Below are positions 27,811 through 40,465 of a stretch of DNA of 46,463 bases, piece by piece; the first letter of the stretch is position 1; every line of letters starts with the position of its first letter. Under the pieces are notes generated by a model that had not been told where the DNA came from, did no database searches, and worked only from the letters and a program-made list of their open reading frames with translations. Position numbers and translations under genes: made by a program. Origin of the DNA: Craspedostauros australis. Taxonomy: Eukaryota. The stretch is from contig JALAGF010005870.1 in assembly GCA_030167865.1 (NCBI GenBank), forward strand, positions 1-46,463, read 5' to 3'.

Positions 27811-30800
27811 ATGCGGTGGGTTCAGCAGTGGAACAAGCTTCTGCCCCTGTGGCTGTTGCTGCATGCCCCTCCGAGGGCTGTTGCAATGGCCCAGAGTGGG
27901 TCTGAGAGCGATGTTGAGACCGATCTTCGCGTATCCGTGCGCACAGACACGTTGGAGCAAGTGCCTTCTTGTAAGCACAGTTTCAGCCAGATCGAGCTGC
28001 TCAACACGGTGAGTTTTTTAGCAGCCAATTGCTGGGTGTGGGTGTCGTTTTCGCATCGTTTTCGTGTCTGAAGCATTAAGTGGGACGTCAGCACAACCCA
28101 CAACTTTTTGGAAGATGCAAACAACCAGAGGACTCATCCCATGGCGTCTGCTCAGCTCGGCTCGGCCTGGCTCTGCCCCTCCGGATGCCCTCCAGGTCGG
28201 ACCAATCCTTCGGTTACTGGCAGGGCGGCAACTCACCGACCAAGCTCCGCCAAGGTATCCAGGTATCAAGGCATCAGGGTACCAAGATGCCGAACGAGTC
28301 ACCGGGGCCAGCGCCAGCCGGATGGCGTCGGATGATGCATTCGCAGCAGCCTGAAACGTGCCAGTCACCCGGCAATGGCCCGGAGGTCACCTCGGGTACG
28401 AGAGCGCTTGGCTGGGGCGCTTAGGTTGGTCTGTGGATGACTACATGGCTGACCACTTGGTTGGTCGACTCGCAGCAGAAGCTGACGACTCTCATGCATG
28501 AGGGGAACAGGTCTTCCGGTTTGGGAACGAAACTTATGCACAATGCTTCATGCATCGCCCAGCTCGGCGGAAGGCTCCAAAATGCGGACCGGCAGAGCTA
28601 CAAGAGATCGAATGGCTTTCCCCGACGAGCAGACGAAGGAGCGAATGAGCATAAAGATTGCCATGGAGATTGACAAGCTTGCTGTTGTCATCGACGGACT
28701 GTGATCTCCGCCCGCCCGCTCGCTACCTTGTGGGAAAGTTCTCGCTCAGCCAACGTATCCGTGACCTCACCCTGTTTTTTGTCGCTCTATCTACCATCAC
28801 CACGATGCCATTTGCCATTTGGCAACACCACTATGCGCAATGGCGTACACTGACTCACGATCGATCATTGCATTGCATCGCGTTACATCGCAACATAATG
28901 CAACATGCAATGCGCTGGCGCAAACCGGATGCGCAATGGCATCTTTGACACTGATGGTGAATGCTCGGCATTGAAAAATACGTATACTCCATTACATTCA
29001 CAAAAACATATCATATGACAACAAACGTCGTCAAAATAACAGCATTCGACGCTATCCATTGTGATTCACTCCATCGAAACGACCGAGGAAGAGACCAGAA
29101 TGATTGGGAGCGGTGACAGCGATGGATCAGGCTCGCAGAACGGAAAAACCTACAACGACTTGCCACGACAGTTGCACATCTCTCGTCTTCCACAGGGAAG
29201 CTTGACGCTGGCACCTGGCCAAGTGGCCATCGTCCCAGTCACATTCCTGCCTCGATTCCCTGATCAAGGTCCTTCGGAGAACGCAGACAGGACTTCGGAT
29301 GATAACGACAGCGACACCACGAGCAATAGCCCGCCATTGCTGAGTCCAACTGCAAAAGCGGATTTGGCTGATCTTGTTGGCGACCATGCGATTGATAATT
29401 ATGACAAAGCAAAAGCTCTGAAGAAACAGATATCTCGAAAGGCACGACAAATGAGCAAGCAGAAACAGCCATCCAGACGGAATCAGTCACGTCCTGGCTT
29501 GCCTGGCGCGGAGGAAGAATTCGAAGTCGCGACTTCTTTGGTGATAACCACATCACGGGGACAGGTCTTCCTCCCGATCACGGCCACGTCGGTTCGACGC
29601 AACATGTATGGACTGCCAGATGTGATTCACTTTCGTTCTCAACTGGATGACAGCGATGATGATGATGGCGACGACAACAGCGAAGGAAACGACAGTGCCG
29701 ATCAGTGCTCACCGCAGCACGCGAGTTGCTCTGCGTGCGGACACGGATATGTGGAGGATGGCACATGGAAGCTTCATCCAATCATTCCAAGGCATGACAG
29801 CAGGTCCGAAAAACGAATCGCTGCGTCCGGGGTGGTGCTGATGCACTCTCTGTTCGCCAGAGAAAGTGCAACTGTATCCATCGACCAAGTGCACAAACCA
29901 CAACCACCGGAGCCCGACTGCTATGACCTGCTCCTCGCCAATCCCTCTCTCGACAAAGGATTTCTGGTATCCGAGGTACTAATATCGCAGCCGGGACTGA
30001 TGAGCGTGGAATACGACCCTAGAAAGTACCTCTGGAACGAGAGACAGGATCATTTTCGAACGAACCCAGCACAAGTTATACGCGATTGGACGAATCAAGG
30101 ACCACTCTACATACCTCCCGCGGCTGTTGACATCTACATTGGCACTGTGTGTACATCCGAAGATGGCGTTGAGGTGGATCTGCCCTCGAAGATATACATG
30201 GAAGAGTTGGCGGGCTGGATTGACAGTGGCAACCGAGAAGGAAATCTTGGCGTTGTTAAGATCCTCACGGACTCCGAGACTCTCTTCATCAGCCTCCAGA
30301 GCAACACAGAGCTCGCGATACAATCACACAGCCCGACTTCCAGAGGACGATCCATCGCTCCTCATTCTGATAATTTCAACACTCACGATCACAATCACAC
30401 CAAACGCAATAATTTTGACGACACATCAACAGCAGCAACAACAACAGCAACAACAACAGCAACAACAACAACAACAACAGCAACAACAACAACAACGGTC
30501 ACAGAAGGGCCGAGAGGACGGAGCGGGTTCGCACCGTTTGATGGCACCACTCCTCTGCAGGCCACACCGCAAAATATCGAATCGCATCTCATCGCGTCCA
30601 AGAATCGAGAAGATACGACGCCGATCGGTTTGCGGAACCCGCTGCAGGAAGATATCAAGATCATGCGCGTAACAAGCAGCCTTGACATCGAGTCCAACAC
30701 GAAGCAGCTTGAAATCGCCAGGCGCATCGGATTCGATCTGCAGGTGTCTGTGGACGACATGGCGTTCAACCTGACCAGCCGCGGGACCAATAGCTCGTCT

Positions 30801-33800
30801 CAAGACCTGGTCATCCCCAGATCCTCCTTCGTCGAGCGTGTTTTCAACGTGATGGTCTCTGCCAATTGGGAAGCCGGATTTTCGGCGCTTGGTAGCGACT
30901 CGTTCCTGTTTTCTGGAACGATGGTAATCAGGGCGACGACGGAAATCGACTGGACATACGACCGATGGCAGAGGGAAATGAGACTTGACCCGTACATGGA
31001 CTCACATCTCGTGCTCGAGGTCCCGTACTCAGTGTCGGTCTACAACGGGCGGATCGAGCTCATCATCGAACGGTCGACCCATCCGTTCCCTCAAATCCGT
31101 GCAACACACTCCTGGGATAAGAATGGCCGGGCGATTTCGATGCTCTTTTTCCCACAGGAACATGTGCTTGTCGAAACGGACCCGATGCAAAACTACAAGG
31201 GAGCAGAAGAAATCATCCATGAATTTCAGGTGATCAGCAACATGAAAACAAACTTACGGATCAGCGGGGTCAGCATATCCGACGAAGACAGCGAAATCGC
31301 AAGCGAAGATTCGTTGTGCAGGCGATTCAACGTGTCGCTGGGTCACCGTGCGAAGGACATCCCGCACTACCCCAAGTTCCAGACTGTGGGACAAATATCC
31401 CTCCGCTACGACTTCGGAAGCGACTTTCGCAGCGGGAGGAGAAAGAGCAACCCCGCGCGTGAAGCAACGACCGACGTCAATGTACTCGCTGACTTCCCCA
31501 CTGTGTGCCACATGCACGTCATGACCAGCCCTTTTCAGAGCGCGATGTATCGCATCCCGCTGATCATCTTTCATGGATCGCTGGACGTACACAAACCCAA
31601 TGTACTTGGCAACACGAAAACCAACATGCAGGCTAGGGGAGGAGATGACGAGTGGAAGAAGACAGTGTTCATGGGGTTTTCAAAAATGCTGGCCTGGTTC
31701 CAGAACACCATCATGGGGAAGTCCTTCCGAGATCTCCTCAGGAGTCGCAACATCGGCGCCGACGATGAACAGCTGCTCCGTCGTTACCTGAGAGCAGTAA
31801 TTGGGGACGATTTGGATAATGACGACGCAAAGCTGCGCCCCATCCTCCTGAGGGCTGGTGCGATCGAGCACAGTGGGTTGGTCAAGTTACCGCTGCAGCT
31901 CGTGAATCGCAACCCGGTACCGATAACGCTGTCCATTGACGTCGGCGAGGTCGAGGGCATGGGCATCACGCTTGCGCGAGAAGAGACCACAGGACGTGGA
32001 GACGGGAACAACATGCTTGACTTCGTGCCGAGGAATGAAGGGGTGAACAGGAACTTGTTAGCACGAAGAGGCAAATTCGCAGGCCACCCTGTTGGAGGAC
32101 TCAGGCAGTTCTTGCAAATGAACGAAATGAGTATCTCCTTCGCGTCGCGGTTCCCATATCGAGATGCCGTGACTCAGAATACTGATCTCCTAGAAAAGAT
32201 GCCCATCTTTCGGCCACTGTACCGATGGTACTCGTACATTCAATTCCATAAGAATGGATCCCCACAGCGGACAGAACAACGCATGAGAGTGCTTGGCAGA
32301 AACATGTCCTTCCCGATGCGCTACGGCGCGCCCAACGCGACCAATCCCTCTCTGCGTGAGCTTGCCTCAAGCCCGCTCATCATGTCCTTTGACAAGACGC
32401 TGACGAAGCTCTTGACGAAGTACCAAATCGACACGCCGCAAAACCTGGGCGAGTATGACCCGTCGAAGGTTTTAATTCCACCTGGGGGCGTCGCGAGTTT
32501 CAATGTACATGTCCGTGCACCCCACAGCTCATTTCTCACTGATGACATCACGCAGCTTGTGAGCACGGGCCTGCTACTGTCGACCAACTATGGTGATAGA
32601 ATCCCAATCATCGTTTCCTTCGAAGCGCTGCAAGGAAGGCTGCATGTCGCACATACAACGAAGATAGGCAAGGGCATAGCTGACGTCAACAGCATGAGCA
32701 GCGACCTACAGATCATAGATGTCGCCCCCCGTCTGTCGTGGGACACTGTGGAAGTTGCAAAGCGCCACCAAACCACGTCGCTGACCATCCCTCCAGAGCA
32801 GCATGCCGAGCAAGCCAAGAAGGCCCTCCGGGACAGTCGGGGCTCTCTCTCCACGTACGACCGAGGCGCCACGCTGTACTTGCAATCCACATTCTCCCGC
32901 TACGTTCGGCTCCTTCAGATGGAAACGTGCAACCCATGGTTTGGTGTCCTTTTGAAAGATTCCTCAAAGAACCTCCACTTCGAGCCCACTTTGGGGTTCA
33001 ACGTTGGGGCCATCTTGAGCAGGGTATCCTGCGACTTGGATGGGAGGCATTCCAGAGAGTACCCGTCATACTACCAGTGTGCGCTGAATTGGTTGTCGAA
33101 GAGATCAAAACTGCAACCGAGAGATTGCGGTCGCATGCCGCAACTCCAGAAACCCCAGACTATTGATGACGGTAGCACGCATACTATCCACGGCGCAGAA
33201 CAGAGGGCGTTGCGAGCTCTGAAACGCTCGTTGATTGTGATGGAGAAGGCGTACAGGTCAAGTGAAACCAGCGACTCCAACCAAATGCAAGAGATCATTG
33301 CTCCATTTCCTGAGAGCAAGTCGCGTCTGCGGTTCCTTGATTCCAGCGGAATCAAATCCGGTTCCCGGAGACGCGATGGGATGCTCGCAAGCATCGTGCT
33401 GGATACCTTCGCGGAGACGTGGGATGCCTGGCGAGTTGCGTCGGAGCATGGTCTCGACACGATGAGCTCCGGTCTTCGTGCAACGATCGATTATGACCAA
33501 CTGGATTCGACCCTTTCCAGCAATGCTGACGGCGAGAACCAACTCAACTTGGCAATGCAAGATGTCGCGCTCCGCAGCATCCTCGCTCCACCGACCCTCT
33601 TTGATGCCGACCGCGCGCGACAAAAGGGGATCCATGTCATCGACAGCACGGCTGAGGATCCTACAGTGGTCGAGTTTCCCTCCACCCTGGTCGGAACCGT
33701 CGTGACGCTGAACATCCCGCTGCGTAACCCGACCTCCGTGCCAGTTCGCGTAAGGGTTGCAACCACTGTGCCCAACCTCAGGATCGCATCAGTCTTCGAA

Positions 33801-36800
33801 AACCCCGATGATAGTTTCCGCATTGATGATTCAGTGCGCAACAGGTACCTGAAATTCAAGGCGGCACCGTACGTTCAGAATGGCAAGACCAAGCTGACTC
33901 ACAGCGAGAAAGCTGAGCATCTTTGGTGGGACGGAGGTGGCGCATTCTTCACGGCGGACGATCGGGGGGATGTCATTCGGTCTCATCAGAACATCACCCT
34001 CAAGCCAGGGGGTGCTGCTCGAGTCGCCCTCGTCAACCCCTCATTGCACGCGAACGTTGCATTCCTAGTTGGTTGTGGCCCCAGATGTGGAATCCGCGAC
34101 GAGCCACCTCACACCAACACCGAAATCATCGACCCGAAATTCACGACACCAATCGGAGCCTCAGCAGCCGCAGGCATCGCTCTGGAGGGCCATCAACGGT
34201 CGCACCTGCCGCAGGTAAACTCGAGACGCATCGACGAAGGCAACGTGCGTGCTGGAGGGTCCCCTCTGCCTGGCGGTGGCGGCCCAGCAGCCTTCGCTTT
34301 GCCGTTCTCAACGTTGGATGAGATCGTGATCCCGCCATTCGGAGAAGCAAAAATCGGACCAGTCTTCTTCCGCCCCCCAGGCAGGTACGGCGTTCTCGGA
34401 TGTGAACTTGCGGAGGAGAGCGGTGCCCATCACTGGGGGTTCCAAACGGCAGAGTCGTGCCACTCGAACAACTTCGAGTCTCTTCTGTTCCTCGAGAACT
34501 CACTAACCGGCCTCGAACGGATCAAGCTCCGAGGCAAGGGGATGTGGGAACGGGTCTACTTTTTAGACTCGCCAGCTCCAGACGACGAGGATAGCTTCGG
34601 CGACATTGAATTCCGAAACGGGCGTCCCAGTCTGATGTTCGACGGTAGCAGCTGGCAGCAGCCACCATCAGGTTGGGCGCGATGGGCGTCGTCAAGTTCG
34701 GTCGTCAAGTCGGTGGTTGTGCATAACGGAGGCGACGTGATCGTCGACTTTGAACACGCCTATCTCTCCGACGCAAGCAAGATCATGGACACGCCACATG
34801 ATTCTGGATCCGTGAAGCCCCACTCGTGTCATTTTGGCACATTCCGAATCCTGAACTGCTGGGAATCAGATGAAGCTTTCTATACCATCAACGGCCAAAT
34901 GGTCGAGAATGTCAGGTCCGGCTTTGTCCTGAAGCCCGGCGAAAACCGCACGTTATTCATTGAGCACATGTCGGATTGTTCATCGCGTGAAGAATTTGTA
35001 TCTCTCAACGTCCAATTCCGCAGAAAGAATCCGTCCAAGGGATTTGTGCCCATCCTCGACCGTGGCATCCTCGCACTGTCTCACTCCGGAGAAGTGCGCA
35101 GTTCGAAGGTCAACGAGTGGCGTCGTTCGTTCCGCAAGCGCAAGATCGACATGCTCGTCGGTTTTAGCATGACGAATGAGGAATACAGCAAATGCCTCAC
35201 CGTCGATCGCAGTGCGTCGCATGGCAGCTACGCAGGCTCAGGCATCTACTTGGGAACCAACGAATCGTCCACCACCGCCGAAAAATTGAAGCAAACATCC
35301 CATCTGGAGAAGTCGACTTTGCTCGGAAGGAAGAGGGGGCGCAACATCCTCAACACGATCTTCGCTCTGGCCATTCTGTTCTTGGTAGGAGATATTTGCG
35401 GCCAGGCCATCTTGCTTCGACGAATCATTGGCTGGCAAAAGCAAAGGAAGAACAAGTCGGGGACTCCGTCAGGCGAAGAGAGACAGACCTCTGCCACTCA
35501 GCAACGCATCAAACCGTCATGGCTGGGAGCATTCAGATGCTTGGCCAGAGCAGACCCGTCGTCTACCGAATTGCAAACCCTGGGGCAGGGACAGGCACGC
35601 CAAGTCATTCTCAACAGCTACAGAGCACGTGGGGCCATGGCGCCGATGTGCTTCAGCAACGCCGGTGCATTTTCTCGCGAACGCTCCGCATCCAACAGCA
35701 AAGGGTCACATCAACGATCCGCAAGGGACCGTATGGCAAATGGCAATGACCGTGTGCGCACCCTCAGCGATTCCGTATTTCAGCGCATGCTTGTCTCCGA
35801 CAACTCGCCGCTGGCCGGCGCTTTGCCAGTCGGTCTTGGTTGGCAAACGGCATACTCCAAGGGGGTTATCAACGACAGCTTAGTGTCTGAAAACGCCATC
35901 GGTCGCAGAACCAGAGAATTGCTCACAAAACGAGGCCATCTACCACCAGCGCAGTCCGGCAAGCAGAATGGAAACACAGCCGGTGCAGTCCACAATCACA
36001 AGACAAGGCAGGAGCATGCTCGTGAGCAGCAACCAATAACGTGCAAACCAAACAAAGAGAACATTGGGGGGCACGTTGCAAAGCCATCTCAGTCTCACAC
36101 GATTCTACCGAGGGCTGAACCGACGCCTGCTCCGAGAACGAGAGTGAACGTAGCAACAGCCCAATCAAATGACAAGGAAGGCACGAAGCAGGTGAAGCAG
36201 AAAGACAATGCGAAGCCGACCAATGATAAAGCACACGTTGCACCAAGAGTCTCCAAGGAAGCAGCAAGCAAAGCAACCCGTTCGCAAAAGCCCGCGAAGG
36301 TGGCCGTTGCTGTCAGCAGTTCTCACAAGTCAGAGACGAAACAGGATCAGAGGCAGCCTACGAATACGGAGAAAGTGGGTGCCAAGAAGCCCAACGTTAT
36401 CGCAAAAGCTGCAAAGCATCAAAAGGCCGAGAGAGAGATCCGATCCAAGCAAGATCAAGCAGCAACGGCCGTCCCAGCCAGCAAGCAGAAAGATGGTAGC
36501 TCCAACGGGCAGACGAAGACAGCGAAAAGACGCGAGAAACCAATCGCAGTCGATTCCGAACCGAAGGCAGCCAAGGGCACAGACAAACGCAAGGCTGCCA
36601 AGAACCGTCAACAGAAGAAGAAGGATGCCGAAAAGGATGGGACAAAGGCTACCTCTGCCAAAGCCGAGCCAGAGAAGGCAGCCACTCAACGCGGTCGACA
36701 AAAGAAGGCGGCTGCGCGGCCACAAGAGGCAGGGAGCGGTAAAAAGCAACGAAAAGGCGCCAAAGGCAAAACTGCAGCATCACCGACCGGAACTGCCTCA

Positions 36801-37886
36801 GTTGGCAAGGCTGAAGCTGATGCCTTTACAGCCGACACCCTCACTGCAAACGAGGACACGGCCGGTACAGCACCCGTGCTCCTGCGTCCTCCTCCGGGCA
36901 TCGCGCCACCCCCAGGTTTTGGGCAGTCATCAATTCTCACCTCGCCGAAGGCAGATGCATCGAACACCCTTGACGATGCGCTGTCTGCTGCGCTGATCGG
37001 GTCGAACTTTCCCGTCGACCTTGACCTCGAACTGAACAACGATGATCAAGAGCCACAACCGCAGGTCTTGGAAAGCGGCTTGATGCCAGCCGCTGCAGCA
37101 GGAGCAGTGGTGCACCAAGACCCGTCGCTGTCGCCACCGCCAGCTCTTGCTTTCTCCCAGGTTATCCAAGGCGAAGATAGCATGTTGCTACCACCTACCA
37201 GCCTGGATGGACGCTTGTCGCCGGCACACGCCACACACCCAGATGATGTGTTGGATAATGTGCCCTTCGTGTCGCCGTCCTCAACAGCGGGCTACGCCAG
37301 TTCACCGCAGGTAGCTGGTCTACCAGCATCTGATGGGATCAACGACAACTTCCTTGCAGAACCTGAACAGCGCGCGGACAATCTTGTCCCGCTGCTGGAA
37401 AAGAGAGCGAGCGACGTGGATGGTTTCGACGTGATGGACTTTTTGGACAGCATCCTCGACGAGGGAGCACCCAAACCTCCTGCTGAAGACAGCGCCGTCT
37501 CCGGCTTGGTGACAGCAACGGCAACCGCGACGGCGACTGCGACGATTCCACCCATTGGAGGGGCCATGCCCGTGCTGGCCAACCCGTGGGCGACAGAAAT
37601 CCCTCAGGGAAGCAACATGAGCGGCAACGCCACATCTGGCAGGTCCAGGGCAGCCGCCTACGGCATCGCTTTCGTCGAAGATGATGGCGCGAGCAGCGAG
37701 TCTTCTTCCAACCAACTCCACATCCTCCGGCCGGAAACACCGACCGAGGATATTGGCTTTGGGACCGCCGTCCCTCTGCTCACGCCTGCGGCCATTCTTT
37801 CCACCTCCAACGACGACGACAATGACGATGAAGAGCTCTCCAACGACTTCTACTCAAGCCTGTTTGCCTTTGAAGAGGAGGGCTAA
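27811..37886 (+). CDS. TMEM131-like giant type I membrane protein (about 3010 aa); exons 27811-28008 and 29043-37886
   Basis: Exon 1 encodes a signal-peptide-like MRWVQQWNKLLPLWLLLHAPPRAVAMA and ends at GTGAGT; the phase-0 acceptor TAACAG at 29042 is in frame with the 2941-aa ORF. Repeated Ig/PapD-like motifs: LAPGQ..VPVTFLPR, LRNP, LVNRNPVPI, LRNPTSVPV, FLENSLTGLE, VHNGGD. A TM segment at ~35345-35415 is followed by a Lys-rich disordered tail. Confidence 0.78.
28009..29042 (+). other. Predicted long first intron (1034 nt)
   Basis: GTGAGT...AACAG, phase-compatible; the join gives IELLNT-HSTLSIVIHSIE. Confidence 0.65.
30427..30496 (+). repeat. (ACA/GCA)n coding microsatellite read as poly-Thr/Ala
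   Basis: Encodes TAATTTATTTATTTTTTATTTTT within the TMEM131-like ORF. Confidence 0.9.
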
Positions 37887-38477
37887 GCTGGGCTGGGCTG
37901 GGCTGGGACGTACCATACCATACGAGTCGGTACCGTTTCTGCCCCTTGCTCTGTCCTGTGATTGCTAGAGGGTCTTCACCATATGACTCTATTAACTACA
38001 TTCCTCAGGTATTCTAAGAAGCTGCGTTGCCATTCCCAAACAACAAGAAGAAAGGAAATGATTCTGTTGCGCATTCACGAGCGTCGCACCTAGCTGTTAC
38101 AGTATCTGCTGCCAGCACATGCGTCAATAGTGTGTACCGGCATGGCACGAGTGCAGCACAAGGGAGAAGTAGCGCTTGTGTTTTGAACCGTAGGAAATAC
38201 ACAGACCGACTGGTTAGATTTTGCGAATTTTGCGGAGAGCTTGTTGTTGGGGATGATCCTGTTTGTGTGACTTGTCTGGATTTGTCACGAGACAGGTTTG
38301 CCTCCCCGGATGTGCGAAGCCACAACCAAAAGAATCGAAGAGAGGGAAGACAGCGACACCCCGTGGACCCCTCCTGGACAGTGCTGACCATCACAGCAAC
38401 AGCACAGACAAACAGACAAACAGGCGAAGAGAGAGAGAGAGAGACTTAGACAGACGATGATCACAACGAACAGAAGG

Positions 38478-39807
38478 ATGACAAGTCAACGATCGTTACT
38501 GCTGATAGTTAGCATGCTGCATGCGGTTGCATCAGTACCGTACTCGCTGCTGACCAACGCGAGACCGAAGTGCTGGAGGGTGATCGCCACAGCCGGCCAA
38601 CTGCTCGAGATCAACTACGATGTGCCAGGTGAGAAGCCATGATGGCGTGGAGCGGCGGTGCACATTGCTGTTGTCCGCTGGTGGATCGCAGCGTTGCTCT
38701 CAGCGGGGGATCATGCGACGGTGTTCCTCGAGTCTATCCAAAGAGTTGAGTACGCTGGAGCACTGCGAGTGGAGCATGCTGCTTGATGGTCACGACAGCG
38801 TTGCCTGCCAGCTTGAGAAATAGAGCAGCTATTGCACCAATCATGGCCATGCTGCAATCTATTATATTATATAATATTATATATATTATATTATAATAGT
38901 ATGTGCGCACTACTCAAACACCTTCATACTGTTCCATGCCAATACCAATACCAATACCACCACTTGCATCACGATATGCCGACAATCCAAAACATCAGAT
39001 CTGAAGATCACCGATCCCGTGAAAAAGGCCATTCAGGATGGTGAGAGTGAGAAGCTGGTCCCGCATGAAGCCTTCGAAGCGCACAAGGCGAAACAAGCAG
39101 CCGAACAGGAAGCGACGATGGCCGCGTACGGAATGGACGGTCGATGGAATCGACGGATGCAGGACAAGCTGGAAGGCATGGCGAACGTCAACCTTCAAGG
39201 CACGATCGTAAGCATCATCGCCAGAGGGGGAGCGAGCGCGATGAACATCATGCGGCCTCTGCGCAATGGATTCGGAGCCGAAGAGCGGGGACGCGCGGAA
39301 GAGGAAGCGCCCGTATCAAGATCGTCCATCGACCGGATGCGAAAGGAGTTGGAGGCAAAGCAAGGGGTCATCAAGTTTCCGATCAAGGTGGTGGACGGAG
39401 AGATCGATGTCTGCATCCAATCATTCAGCGCCACCGAGGAAGAACCATCGCGAGTTGGTTTGTACGTCGTCCTGAAGGATGAAGTTGAGAAATTGGGGCT
39501 GGATGACGACTCGCAACAAGCAACTGACGGTGGCAAAGAGACGGACCCAGCCCTGCAGCACACGGTCGTGAAGAAGGAAATGACCCGGCTGGAACGTGAC
39601 ATCGGGACACTCAGCAACCGTGTCCAGACCTTGACCAGCGGCGCGGAGTTCAACAAGCAGTACGAAATCTCGTTCTTCGAAAAGTCGATGGCGATGAACA
39701 AGGCGTCAACTTACTGGCCCATCATCCAGCTCACCGTGCTAGTGGTGGCAGGGGTTGCACAAGCCAACCACATCGTTCGGTACATGAAGACAAAGCGCAT
39801 CATGTAG
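38478..39807 (+). CDS. p24/emp24/gp25L (TMED) GOLD-domain cargo receptor; exons 38478-38628 and 38999-39807
   Basis: Signal peptide, then PKCW..LEINYDVP; intron GTGAG (38629) to CATCAG (38998), phase 1, in frame; second Cys in GEIDVCIQ; coiled coil; YWPIIQLTVLVVAGVAQ TM segment and basic tail YMKTKRIM. An alternative ATG lies at 38457. Confidence 0.9.
38629..38998 (+). other. Spliceosomal intron (370 nt)
   Basis: GT-AG boundaries, AT-rich tract, restores the reading frame. Confidence 0.85.
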
Positions 39808-40465
39808 AGGCTACCATCCGAAGGAAGGTAAGAGCGGACGACTGGAAGAGTCTAATACAAATAGTATGCCGCTTTGTGTGGAGTTCTATGCACATTCAGA
39901 ATACTCGTGTGACACGGATACCTTGATATAATATAACATTAGTATTTTAGAGTACGTACACGTGACACAGCAGCAGCGACGTTGCATGCGCTAAACCTGT
40001 GCGATGGTTTCGCAAGCGCACAAAAAAGAACGCCGATGTTCCTCATCGCGACGTCACACGCGAGCGTTGCATCTTGTGGCGCCGTGCACTGCACTCCATC
40101 AAAATGGGGGTTGACCACATACTCGTCGAGTGCGAGTGCGCATCACACGATCGCAAGAGACTCCAGAGAATGAATGGATTCACTTAGTTGTGTACGCATT
40201 AAAATAGAGGGTACGACATAAAAGACAGTCTTCCGTGGAGTATTGTATGTAGAACATGTATTAAATATTGAGGCTTCGTCATTGTAGCTCGTTGGGACGA
40301 ATGCAAATAGAAGTGCAAGATATTATAGAATGGAGCAGGGCATTGATTGTATCATGGAAGATGGAGTGGGATGAAGTGGAGGAGATGAATTTGAATGGTG
40401 GACATTCGGGGCACTGTGCACATGGAAGATGTTCGTGTAGGACTGTAAGGCGAACAACTGCGTGT

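Noticed and set aside
28330..28455. Possible C/D-box snoRNA in the long intron
   Set aside because: Only imperfect C boxes (ATGATGC, GGATGAC), and no terminal stem was found.
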